Source: Flaccisagitta enflata
Taxonomy: Eukaryota
Direction: 5' to 3'
Length of the DNA stretch: 64,000 nt
Assembly (NCBI GenBank): GCA_965153355.1
Contig: OZ231126.1
Span: forward strand, 41,354,001 to 41,418,000
This document shows, one piece after another, positions 13,393 through 26,473 of the stretch; positions within the stretch are counted from its first letter, which is position 1; each line of letters opens with the position of its first letter. The notes under the pieces were generated by a model. It did no database searches and had not been told where the DNA came from. It saw only the letters and a list, made by a program, of their open reading frames with translations. Position numbers and translations under genes: made by a program.

Positions 13393-14343
13393 GAAACTGT
13401 TACGTATTACGTCAATAATGACAGCCGCGTTTTCTGTTCGTTCTTGGACGCGTCAAAAGCATTTGACCGTTTGGTCCACTCCGGTCTCTTTTTAAAACTG
13501 ATGGATCGAAAGGTGCCAGTTCCTTTTCTCAATCTCATTGTTTCATGGTACAGCGACCTCAGCTGCCGAGTTAAATGGGCCGACGAATACAGTGATTGGT
13601 TTGCCGTTACTGCCGGCGTACGTCAAGGAGGCATACTTTCACCAGATTTCTATTCCATATACGTGGATGACCTCATCACCAAATTGAGAGAATGCCAAAA
13701 AGGATGCTACTTCCTCACATGCTTTGCTGCCGCCTTCTTCTACGCCGACGACATGGTGATTCTGGCGCCATCTTTACGGGGCCTGAGTTCTCTTCTCAAA
13801 ATTTGCGGAGAGTACTGTAGCGAGTGGGACATTTGTCTCAACGCTAAAAAGTCGAAAAATCTCTATTTTGGAAAGCGAATCAACATCTCTCACGCCATTA
13901 CGTTGAATGGCAACTCGATTGAATGGGTGGATAAATGGGTCTACCTCGGAGTCACCCTCAAAAGTGCAAAAAGTTTTGAGTGCTGCGTCAAAGATAGAAT
14001 CAAAAAGTTCTACCGCTGCGCCAACGCCATCTTCAGGATAGATGGAAGATCAAACGACATGGTAATGCTACGTCTAGTCGAGTCACACTGTGTGCCATTA
14101 ATCACTTACGGAATTGAAATTATCCAAATTTCAAATCGAGATGAGCGTCGACAGTTACGCGTCGCCTACAATTCCCTATTCCGAAAAATTTTCAACTATC
14201 GATGGTCTGAGAGTGTGTCAGCACTGCAGTCATTCCTCTCACGCCCGACATGGGAGCAATTGGTGGAAAAAAGACGAAACAAATTCTTGAAACGAGTGCG
14301 GGAAGCTGACCCGACGCTATTGTCCAATCTGCTCCTCTCATAA
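13393..14343 (+). mobile_element. 5'-truncated non-LTR retrotransposon (LINE), reverse transcriptase C-terminal part (probably CR1/L2/Daphne-like group)
   Basis: Open frame with RT motifs FLDASKAFD, GVRQGGILSP, YADD and YLGV; no endonuclease domain. A probable 3' UTR extends to ~14520. Confidence 0.92.
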
Positions 14344-14816
14344 TTTGTCTCTCATAAAGAGAAGGTGATTCCCATGTCCTCCTTCCCGCTCATGTCATTC
14401 CTATTGTAATGGATTAGTGTCTGTTCCTGTATTTCATTGTTGCATTTCTTAATTTGTTCGCTTTTCAATTTTAATTTATTGTTGTGCTACACTGATGTGT
14501 GAATACAAACCATTATTATAAGACAAATCTTGATAGAGTCAAATTAATGAAACACGATTTTCCTTGTGTCCACTTTTCTCCATCACGTGAACCAGCTCAC
14601 GTCCACTTTCTGAACGCGATTAGGCCATTTTTTCTAATGAGGAGGTACATGAACAGTCATGTGCTCTGTTTTACAAAAATACATACAACTACGTACATAC
14701 TCCTTCCTTTCTTCCTCCCTTCGGTTGTTCCTTTGTTCCTTCTTCCCCCTTCATTCTCTTCCTTCTCACCACCACCAACAAAACAACAAAAACAACAAAA
14801 ACAACAAAAACAACAA

Positions 14817-14853
<37 letters not shown>

Positions 14854-15084
14854 AACAACACCCGGGAAACCAAAAACAAAAACGGTAGTTAGGGAGCAGA
14901 ACTACATAGCAGATAAAATTTTATGATGAAGCTTAGTGTTTTATTTTTCGGTCCTATGACTTAACGTGTATCTGCATCATTTTGCAAACGCTGGTTACCG
15001 TATCGACATGCGTGCGGGCCTGTGTGTGTTTGTGTGTGTGTGTGTGTGCGTGTGCGTGTGCGTGTGCGTGTGCGTGTGTGTGTT

Positions 15085-15770
15085 GAATGTTTTTGTTTCA
15101 ATATCGAATGTTTATGTTTCAATATCGAATGTTTATGTTTCAATATCGAATGTTTATGTTTTAATATTGAATGTTTATGTTTCAATATCAAGTGTTTATG
15201 TTTAAATATCAAATGTTTATGTTTCAATATCGAATGTTTATGTTTCAAGATTGAATGTTTATGTTTTAATATCGAATGTTTATGTTTTGATATCAAATGT
15301 TTATGTTTACATATCAAATGTTTATGTTTTGATATTGAATGTTTGTTTTAATATCGAATGTTTATGTTTTAATATCGAATGTTTATGTTTTAATATCAAA
15401 TGTTTGATATCAAATGTTTGTTTTGATATCGAATGTTTATGTTTTGATATCGAATGTTTATGTCTTGATATCGAATGTTTATGTTTTTATATCGAATGTT
15501 TATATTTTGATATCGAATGTTTATGTTTCAATATCAAATGTTTATGTCTTATTATCAAATGTTTATGTTTTAATACCGAATGTTTATGTTTTATTATCGA
15601 ATGTTTGTTTTGATATCGAATGTTTGTTTTAATATGTTTTTGTTTATGTTTATGTTTTAATATGTTTATGTTTTATTATCGAATGTTTATGTTTTGATAT
15701 CGAATGTTTATGTTTTTATATTGAATGTTTGTTTTAATATCGAATGTTTATTTTTTGATATCGAATGTTG
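15085..15770. repeat. 21-bp minisatellite (ATCGAATGTTTATGTTTTAAT)n
   Basis: About 30 degenerate tandem copies, directly visible. Confidence 0.9.
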
Positions 15771-17393
15771 GTCATGTTTTTGAATTTGCTCCCCTGCATC
15801 AACACGGACTAAAACTTCCAGGGGAAGTACCGTTGTAACGTCGCATAATGAATACTGTCATAGTCCTACTACATGTAATTCACAAACCAGCACTTTAACG
15901 GTTTTCTGAATGGCGTAACCAAGGTTACGTGACAACAAACATAAGCATTGATTGACTTGAGTCAAGAAAACGATGTTTAGGTTTCTCTTCACTGTCTTTT
16001 CTCTTTCGAGTAAGTCACTTAATTTGCATAATGCAGAATTATCTTTTTCCGTTTATAAAACAAAATGTAAGAATTTCGCGAGCAAACCCCACAGTAGATT
16101 TTTAGGTATTCATAAATAGACAACATTTTTGTGACTGTGAAACTCGTAAGAAGCTAACGTTGGCTAACGTTTTAAGAAAACTATGAAAATGGTACCAAGA
16201 GACATTACGAGAAAAGTTAAGCACATGTTGGTTTGTCCTAGTAACAAACCACTGTGCGCCGCCGCCGCCGCCGCCGCTGCCTTTGCCTCTACGGCTATCA
16301 CCGTCAATACCGCCACTTCCATCGACTCGTTAAATGTTCCTGCTTCTCCCGCCACCTCCGCCACCACTAACCTGACAGCGACCATTCTCGGTTATTGTTG
16401 TTGCCGCTGCTGTGGTTGTTTCTTTTGCTGTCGATGCTGAGCTGTGGCTGCCGTTGCTGAGTTGCCTGCCATCGTTCCAACAGGCGCGCGTTTGCGTTGT
16501 AGGAACAACCCTAAGATTCCATCATCCAATCATTTTTGCCACATCTTCCATTCACGCCGTCGCGTGGGGAGTCGCCCACGTCTTTCTTACGATTCTCATC
16601 AAATGTTATTTCTCCGTTCAGGCCATTCATGTCTGTTTCACCTCTCGCACACTCAGCAATTCCCGAGGAGGCGTGGAAAGGGTTTCTCACGGTACATTCA
16701 AACTGATTTTACAATAATATCCCTGACGCCGCCTCGTGATTGTGTGCAAGCTACTTGAACTTAAAAGAGCATGCCCGGGACTTTCTAAGGTACATGCTAG
16801 GTGATTCTTGAGAAGAATGATGAAGGCTTCTTAAGCTAGCTGCTAAATGACTCTGAGGGAGCATGCAACGTGCTTTCGAGGATGTCTGCTAAATGATTCC
16901 GCAAGGGAGTACGCAAGGGACTGCTAGGGGTGCATACCAAACAATTTTATGGAAGCCTGCTAGGTGCGCTGGGTTGGATGTGTTTGGTGATTTTTTCATG
17001 TTGGATGGGAGTTCGTGAGATCAAAAATACGGGCAAAAATTATCATGTGATGCGTGTGTCACATGTGAACAGTTTTGGGTAAGCTTGCAGTAGGGATCCT
17101 GTGGTCCTGTGGTCTTCATCAACAAGAGAAGGCTGTAAAGGTTTTCGGTTTTACTATCTAGCTCAAAAGTTTATCACCTTTTTGGGATCGAGTTACTTTA
17201 ATCAATAATTAATGCAAACACATGTGACAAATACATTCAATAATTGGTTTGACCACCTTTGGCATCAGCCACTGCAATCATTTGCCTTGGCATACATCTA
17301 TAGAGAGATGTGAGGTAGAATGGCGTCCTCTTCTTCTAGACCTTGAGGGCGATCGTTTTCTGTCCTGCTGGAGGGAGATAACTTTTTGCATCA

Positions 17394-18118
17394 CACAGTG
17401 GGCTTTTTTAGGCGAACCTTTCTCAAAACCTCCAGAAGCTTCTAACCTAATTTTTTTTGCACAGTTGAACCCTGTATGGGTAATAGATGCCCTAGCAAGC
17501 AAATATATCCAGCTTTATGGGCCCCAGGGGCCCCAAAGGGCCCCATAGGGCCTGAAATCATGTTTTTAAGGAATTTAAGGGTTTTTTCCACTGTTATCAT
17601 TTTCTATTTTGGTTATTTATGGTAAATTTCAACCCTATTAATCTTATAGATGCCCTATCAAGATAAAATTTCCAGTGGTAAGGGCCCTAGGGGCCCCTAA
17701 AGGCCGCAAAAGTAGTTTTTTTAGGCTATATTAAACTTTTTTTGCATAAAATCATGTTTTATTCTTATGTGTAGTGTAAATTTTATCTTTGTTAATGTAA
17801 TAGAGGTTTTACCAAGTAAAATTTTGGGGTGCTATGAGCCCTAGGAGCCCCTAGAGACCGTAAAAGTGGGTTTTTTAGGCAATTTTTAGTTTTTTTTGCT
17901 AACAATCATTGGTTTTTTGTTGTTTACAGTAAATTTTTATGTTGTTAATGTGAAAAAGGTTTTAGCAAGCAAGATCTTAAAATTTCGCCTTTACAAGCAT
18001 CATTTTAGTGTTATGGGCTCAAGGGACCCTAACAATATTTTTTTTGCCTATAGTTCCTATAGTCTCTTTCTCTTTCTCTTTCTCTCTTTCTTTCTTTCTC
18101 TTTCTCTCTTTCTTTCTT

Positions 18119-18161
<43 letters not shown>

Positions 18162-18489
18162 CTCCCTCCTCCTCCTCCTCCTCCTCCTCCACTTTCTTTT
18201 TCCTCTTACAGTCCAACATTTTTCCTTTTAAATCCGTGTCCTAATGTGGCTGTCATCTTAGAGATGTATGAAGTACAGCCAATATTCTCGATTTACTGGA
18301 AATTTGCTGCCACCGCCGCCTCCTCCTCTTCCTCTCCCCCTCCTCCTCCTCTTTCTTTATACAATGCCACAAGTTATCTTTAAAACCAATGTCCTGTTTT
18401 AGCTGTCATCTCAAAGATATATAAAGCTAGGTCATATGCTCAATTTACTTGAGATTGGCTGTTTCCACCACCTCTTATTACTACTCCTC

Positions 18490-18521
<32 letters not shown>

Positions 18522-19399
18522 ATTTTTTAATTAACCATCTCATCTTACATCGTAAACTCTACAAAAGAACAAGCAACAAGACTACACTTTCCTAACAAAC
18601 AATTGCTTTCTAGTAGTAGGGCTTAAATAGATTATTACCAATGGAGCTGGATATCAAATTGCCCTTTTGAGACACGGGAAAATAGCAAGGTCCTATTTCT
18701 CCAAAATGGTGAGAGGTACCCATATATGGAAACAAGTCCCTTGTAGGCCATCACCAAAAGGTACAAATTCACTAAAAAAAGTACCTTAAGTCCCTGGTGT
18801 ACATAGGTAAAAAAAAATAAAACTGTTTTTTTTGCTCTTCCCCCTTCCATAGGATTACAATGGGAAGTTACTCGTTGAATTTTAAAAATTGCATTTTTTA
18901 GTATTGCGCAAAAACTAAGAGAGGTACCCATATATGGAAACCTGATTATGAAACCTAAGGGTCTCCTCTTCAAATTTCATTAATAATATTATCTTAATGT
19001 TTGGGTGTACTATGGTTTAAAAAAAAAAAAGGTTGCTGACCCCCCCTTTTTAATAAGAAATAAGCCTCGCCAGGCGATTTTAGAGCGCTCTAGCCCCCCC
19101 CCCATGAAAAAATCAGCCAAAATTGTGATTGGTATTTTACATACTAACCATTAACTTTCATTTTCAGCCATATTTGCTTCATTTCTTTCACTTTTAAATT
19201 TTGACAAAATTTGCCATTTCAGCCTCCAGAGCCAGAGTCCGGGTGATTACATAGTGGGCACCTACTTCCGGTTAAGTTAGGGTTCTATGGCTGGTTAATA
19301 TCAATCATATAGTTCAAAGATTAGGTTTGGCGTTTTTTGTTTCTCCAGTTTTGGCATAGAAGTGCCCTCTGAGGTACTGAGAAGGGTCGGCCCACAGTG
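17394..19399. mobile_element. Non-autonomous Transib/RAG-like DNA transposon with RSS-like termini
   Basis: Left end CACAGTG, right end (reverse complement) CACTGTG. Perfect 5-bp direct repeat CATCA at 17389-17393 and 19400-19404. A 21-bp subterminal block is shared between the ends (16/21 identical). No transposase ORF. Confidence 0.75.
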
Positions 19400-21679
19400 C
19401 ATCAGGCCCTCATCTCTAAGAGCCAAGATTGAGGCCTTATCATCCAAATATTTGACTTGCATGTCAGAAAACAAAAAGATATTGAAAAAAGAACTAACTC
19501 TGATAAAGATGAAATGAGGCGCAACTTTTCCAGTATGGAGGAGAGAACTGAAAAATAACTAAATACATTTATTCTCGCCATTTTGAATTGAAGAAGCAAT
19601 TTTGTTTTGTGTGTCATTTCTTAATGCTTTGAGATAATTCAACCCGGTTTGTGGCATTCAATGGGAAATTTGTTCCAGTTTCAGAATCTCACAAATTTTG
19701 TATAGAAAATATCATTTGAAATGGAGATATTCTTCAGTTTGTGAGGTGATAAACATATGAGCAAGGTAGTAAACCTTATGTTACGGAAAGTGGCTGTTTG
19801 GGCGGTGGGGGGTGAGGGGTGGGGCACGTCATTGGCAGCGGCGAAGGCAACGGCGCGGCGGCGGGAACGGCGACAGCGGCGGCGGCGACAGTGGCTGCGG
19901 CAGCGGTTCCCCTCCACTTGCTCTTCATTTCTTTCTAACCATCTTTATGATATTATGACAAATGTATCCCATTTCCAAAAGTCGACTTGTGTTGATCCTC
20001 TTTAAAGGTCAACTCTTTCAGATTCCTTCCTTTCTTCCTTCACGCTTTCTTTCGCCTTTTCAATTCCTCTTTTCTTTTTTTCTTTCTTTACTGTCTTTCT
20101 TTTCTTTCTTTTTGTTCATTTCTTTTTCCCTTTTGACTTTTCCTTTCTCCCACTTTTGGGTAGTGTCCCAGAAGGAAAAGAAGTCCTGTAGAACATTGGA
20201 GGACTTTTGTTTGTGCGTCCATATGTTCGTGTGACCCCTTCATCAGGCCTCTCAGGCTCCAACTCTGCCCTTTAGGGCGACAATCAGTCCTCCCAGGCCT
20301 TATATCAGCTCTTTCAGCCCTTAAATCAGCCCTTTGAAGCCTCAAAACCGTCATCTCAGGCCTCAAACTGGCCCCCTCTGGCAACACATCCACTCCCAAG
20401 ACCCCCAGTCAGCCCTTTTATCTCTCGGAAACCCTCTTATCTCCATAATGTCTCCTCAGGCGTTCAATCAGCCCTATCAGGCATTAAAACAATAGGATGG
20501 ATGTATCGACAGACAGATTGGCATATAGACAGATAGTTGGAGCTGCTACCCGGCTTCCTTGCACATGCAATCACAGTCATACAAAATAGGGCCAAAGGTA
20601 TCGCTGTCCACGTATCAACCTTGGGCGACTGGTTCGCTATTTTTCATCATCATCGTCTACTTTCGCCTTCTCTTATTCTACTTTTCTACGTCTTCTGCTT
20701 CTCCTGCTTTTTTTCCTCCTCTGTTTCTTCCTCTTTTTATTCTTTTACTTCTTCTTTTTCTTTCTCTTTTTCTTCTGCTTCTTTTTCTTTTCTTCTTCTT
20801 CTCCTTCTTCTTCTTCTTCTTCTTCTTCTTCTTCTTCTTCTTCTTCTTCTTCTTCTTCTTCTTCTTCTTCTTCTTCTTCTTTTACTTCTTTTCATCTTCT
20901 TCTTCTACTTTATCTTTATTTTTTTCTGTTCTTGTTTCTTTTTCTTTTTCTGTTAATTCATCTTCTCCTTCTTAATTCTATTTCCTAATTATTTTTCTAG
21001 TTCTCGTTCATTTTATTGAACGTGTTTTTCTTTTTCATCACTCTTTTAACCTGTATTTTTTGCACAGACACTTGACTCTACACGTTGCTTTGACGGTCGG
21101 TTTTCGCATTTCTACTCCAGTCCAACCGTCCACAACTGGAGTGCCTTGTTTTGTTCCCTTACGGTCTTTGCCAGCAGTTTTATAGCATCGCCGACCCTGC
21201 CAAATGACCGCCTTTACGCAAGGTAAGGCCTTAACCCGTTTTCTACCTTACCTAACCTTATTCATAAAATACCTTACCTTTCCTGACCTAAGATACGCGT
21301 CCATTATTTCACGAAAATACTCAGCTCCTCTGAATGGTTGACTTCACCCCATGAAAAGAAAACACTTTCCCTGTCTGGATGATTGGCTTCACCCCCTGAA
21401 AAAGCTCTCTCCCCATCTGTGTAGTTTGCATACCCCATGAAAAGAAAACACTTACCCCATCCAAATTGTTGGCCCTTGAAACGGCGCTCGGGGGAGTTTA
21501 TGACCAAAACATTTTTGGGCAAGATTCCCTTCCTTATATGGGCACATCCTTTATTCCCTTATATGGGCATACAAGCGAAAGAAATGAATTCGTGGCGTAA
21601 ATCAAAAGAAGAAAAGGCACAGGCGGGTTTATATGCGGAAACAGAGATAGAGATAGAGAGAAAGCTAGCATGTGCGGGT

Positions 21680-21786
<107 letters not shown>

Positions 21787-22221
21787 AGACAGGCAGACAA
21801 ATACAGTCCGACAGCGAGACAGTTAGATAGTCAGACCGACAGTCAGACACACGTTAAGAGTAGCAAACTGAGGGGAAACAATTACTATACTGTCTCACAA
21901 CATACTAACGAAAGCAATCAAGGAAATGGACGGACAGATGGACAAGCCGACTTGTTGAAACGAGGCGAAAGAGGCATAAGTGGACAAGGACTGGGAACAG
22001 ACAGACAAACAGATCGACAGATAGACAGATAGAGAGGGGAGGAAAGAAAGACGAAACGGACGGGGAAGAAACCAAATTCGGTTGAGTCTCATGGGAAGGA
22101 TTTTACGTTTTGCTCAACTAAACTGGCATAATAGGAAAAATTAGAAGCTTCATCCATTTGGTATCAGCCAGAAAGACCTCCCTTTGCGGCCTAACGGAGA
22201 CGAAGGAGAGGATGAACTTAA

Positions 22222-22347
<126 letters not shown>

Positions 22348-23062
22348 TCTCTCCAAGGCAAAGGCAAGCCCTCCATGCTCAAACGATGTTGAGATTCTTT
22401 TTTTTTTTTCGAATGCTTCATGTTCTTACTTTTGACGCCAAATGAAGCCTTCAATGTTCTTAAAACATTCTTAATTTAAAATACTATATAAACTATAAGA
22501 AATAGTATTATATAATATATAGATATATCTTTATTAAATACTATTAAAATTAAATTTTAAACATTAAATTCTGGGGATATTTTCATAGTAGTAATATTAA
22601 GAATTTTAAAATATTATCCTAATTATACTAAAATTCAAGTATTTAATTAATATTTTTAAATCATTACTTAAAACAACAATTTTTTTTCAAGATTTGAAGC
22701 CTTCCTATGTTCTTAAGATGTTCTTAGATTTGGGGCCATTCGAAGCCTTGATGTTCTTAAAAACTAGGTTCTTATAAAAAAAAAAGCGTAGTCAACTAAC
22801 TGATTTGATGGGGTCTAATAGAGGATTTGTACTAAGTTAAGAAGAAATGATAAATGGTAATTGTAGTAATGATCTATTCCGGTCAAGATTTCAATGAAAA
22901 TTCAGCAATGATTTACACAACAGAAATGAGAAATAGGCAAATCCCATCATTCTAGCAAGTCAGATACAATTACAGAGGTACATGGATGATAATATATTGC
23001 AACAATTAGAATAATTGGGTACATGAGTGGAATGATATAGAAGGAAACAGGAGTGAAATCCG

Positions 23063-23113
<51 letters not shown>

Positions 23114-23521
23114 GAGGAGGAGGGGTGGTAATTCAAGCTTTCAACAAGATATGGAATGAGTTAAAACCCGCTTCATTAAGACCGTTGAGTTTGCAGAATT
23201 GCTGACTTACAAACGGCGATTTCACGACTAGAGAAATGCATAGATCATTTTGGGCAATGGACAGAATCAGTGGGCAAAAAGTGTCGAAAAGGAGAGCAAA
23301 AGGGGAGAGGGGAAAGGGGGGGGGGGGATTCGGACGGTGCAGGGCAAGATAAGTTGATTTGAAATCCAATTAATTAACACATTTGGTCATATTTTTCCTC
23401 ACGTCTGAAAATACTATATCGATTCGAAATTATTTCATCATTTTCTGTCGAGTGCAGGAATGCAGAAACCACGAAGTAACCACATCCGATTCTACCGATT
23501 CCGGGAGAAATAACGCGCAAG

Positions 23522-24577
23522 TCAAGCATCGACACTACCGATTCCGAGTGCAGCCGCATGTTTTCTGGCTTTCATTCTTAAATCGGCGATAGACGTAGTC
23601 TTATTCGGCTTAAATCCTCCACCTCCACCTTCTTTAGCTCCTTCCTTTCCCTCTCCACCGCTTCCACCACCACCACCTCCTCCTCCAGTAGCCGCATTTT
23701 CATTAGATGCGGCTGCGGCCGCTGCCGCTGCCAAATTGACGGCGGCATTGGCGTAATGTGGATATAACAAATTGAAGGGATGTTGGAGGCTCGCGACGGA
23801 TGCGGGCGGCAAGAGTCCGTGGGGCGGAAGAGGAGGAACGTGTGGGCTGGCGAGCGGGTTGCCGCCGCCACCGCCACCGCCACCGCCACCGCCACCGCCA
23901 CTATGGCTGCTGCTGGGTGGACTTCCGGCTGTGGCGGCGATCGGTGGCGTGAAAGAAAGACTGGCCGCAGCCGCTGCAGCAGAGGAAGAAGGCGTCGTCG
24001 CCGCCACGACGGCAGAGTCAGAAGCTGCTCCTGTCGACGCAGCCCCGGGCGAAGCTGATGATGCCGCCGCCGCCGCTGCCGCCGCAGCTGCCGCTGATAA
24101 TTTAGCGGCGGCGGCAGCTGCGGATGAAGCTAGCGTTGGCGAAGACGGTGTCGGTGACGCCGAGGGCGCCGAACCGGAAGAAGCGGCGGCAGCTGCAGCC
24201 GCGGCGGCTAATAATTGAGCGGCCGCCGCGGTGTCGTAAGGACCGTGAGGATGGGGAGGATGATGATGAGAATGAGGTGGATGAGGACCAGCGAGTGGAT
24301 GCGGACCGGCGCCGGGGCCGAATATAGCGGCGGCGTGGGACCCAAATGGACCGCCCGCGGCGCCCGGGGAGCCACCTCCGGGAGGAGGCGGCGGCAGCGC
24401 CAGACCAGGGTGATGTGGAGGCGGGATGCGATCGAAGGCGGCGCCCGGTGGAGGGCCGCCCATCGCGGCCATCCGCATCGTCGGTAGATTGACGTAAGGC
24501 GCCACGCGGCAGGAATCCAGAGGGTGAGAGCCAGGAGCGCCGGGAGCGCCGCCGAGATGAGCCGCCATCATGCCCAC
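23522..24577 (-). CDS. shox: Shox/Shox2-like homeobox gene, terminal exon with OAR domain
   Basis: TTTTCAG| acceptor, phase 0. Contains the SHOX-family motif CRVAPYVN and the C-terminal OAR motif KTTSIADLRMKARKHAAALGI; TGA at 23522. Confidence 0.93.
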   Translation of the reverse strand: MGMMAAHLGGAPGAPGSHPLDSCRVAPYVNLPTMRMAAMGGPPPGAAFDRIPPPHHPGLALPPPPPGGGSPGAAGGPFGSHAAAIFGPGAGPHPLAGPHPPHSHHHPPHPHGPYDTAAAAQLLAAAAAAAAASSGSAPSASPTPSSPTLASSAAAAAAKLSAAAAAAAAAAASSASPGAASTGAASDSAVVAATTPSSSAAAAAASLSFTPPIAATAGSPPSSSHSGGGGGGGGGGGGGNPLASPHVPPLPPHGLLPPASVASLQHPFNLLYPHYANAAVNLAAAAAAAASNENAATGGGGGGGGSGGEGKEGAKEGGGGGFKPNKTTSIADLRMKARKHAAALGIGSVDA

Positions 24578-24843
24578 CTGAAAACACCCGTTGTAAAAGG
24601 GAGTCTGCGAAAGATCACACATCTAATTGGCGACAGAGTGAGAGGGAAAAACAAATATTTTGGGTGGCGGCGACACGCATTTTGCATGCATTCTGCGTGT
24701 ACAAAATCCATACACGTACACACGCTTAAGCACAAAGACCCAAAACGAAGGGAAACAGACTAACTTACAAACAAATCAGCAAACAAGAAAAATTCTGTAT
24801 ACACATTGGGCAAATATCACAAATCGGTTTGGGTAAAACTTAC

Positions 24844-24900
24844 CTTGTGGATCTGGCTTTCGGCTTTCCTGCACTTCGCGCGCCGGTTTTGAAACCAAAC
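24844..24900 (-). CDS. shox: Shox-like gene, homeodomain helix-3 exon
   Basis: CTCAG|...|GTAAGT, 57 nt, VWFQNRRAKCRKAESQIHK (Q50 paired-like, SHOX-type). Confidence 0.95.
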
Positions 24901-25446
24901 CTGAGAAAAGAGGGAGATACAGAGATAGTATTTATTGGAAAAAAGTCGAATTACGTAATTCGACTTTTTGAAACGTAGGGGAGAAATAAAGTTTTCCATT
25001 TTCGGTTTGCGGCAATTTTTGAAAGTTGGGTCATTTTGGGGCTGGGATGATACATTTTTTTATATTCATAGCTAAGAAAGAGCTTATTTTTCTCTTTCAA
25101 ATGGCGCCAACCAGAAGTCTCTACGATCATTAGTTTTGGCGCTATGAATTTTTGAATCTTTTAATATTTTTTCGCATTTTTTCAGAAATCGATATTTTTC
25201 ACAGATCCTATTTTTCAGCCCCATGTCACAAGAGGGAAAAGTCAAGATGTTACAGAAATTAGCCCTAACTTTTATGACGCTAGCTTTTGCATTATACTCT
25301 GCTTGAGAGAGAAAAAGAGAGGGAGAGAGAAAGACAATATAAAGGGAAAGAGAAAGAGAAAGCTAGAGAGAGAGACTCACACACCCCCCCACACATACAC
25401 AATTTCACACACACACAAACACACACACACACATTTACACACACAT

Positions 25447-25620
<174 letters not shown>

Positions 25621-26078
25621 AAAGACAAAGGAAAACGACAGAGAGACAGAGAGACAGATTAAATGACAAAAACAGGCATGCAGTCAGCCAAACATCATGA
25701 GATGCACATAGAAGAACATGCACTGAAAAAGAGACTCCCATTTACGACTTTTTTCCGGTCGGCGAGAGCCGCCTTTATTGGTAATATTGCGATGCAGTTA
25801 TCAAGTATCAGCTTTTGGAACTACCAAAAGCGTAAAATCTAATAAAATTTTCTTCTTTCCTAGCCTTAATTTTTTCCCCACCTCAAAACCCTTTGATTTT
25901 ATTCCATCCCCCCCCCCCCAACGCCAGGGGGGAAGGGAAATAGTCTTAATTCACCCCTGGAAAAAATTTAAAGAAAATGGTAGGGGTAAAAAAATAAACC
26001 GGGAGGGTGAAAAAACAAGCCGGGTTAGTGAATGAATATCAATGAAAACAACAACAACAACAACAATGTTTTGTTTGT

Positions 26079-26146
<68 letters not shown>

Positions 26147-26290
26147 ACTTTTCGATTTTTGTAATCGGTTTCTACCATTTTTCAGCAAAATTGTCGTTCT
26201 CCATTTCCTTTTGAATACAAGACTTCTTTTTCTTCTTTTTTTTCCCCTTTTTTTCTCCTTCCTTTTCACTTTGCTTTTTCCCTCTTTCGT

Positions 26291-26366
<76 letters not shown>

Positions 26367-26374
26367 TCGTTCTT

Positions 26375-26473
<99 letters not shown>

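Noticed and set aside
14961-15632. KHKHSIL / NIECLCF repeat ORFs
   Set aside because: Translations of the 21-bp minisatellite; no start or splice context.
23578-24763. Antisense and alternative-frame ORFs over the Shox terminal exon (also 36578-37698)
   Set aside because: Shadows of GC-rich, low-complexity coding sequence.
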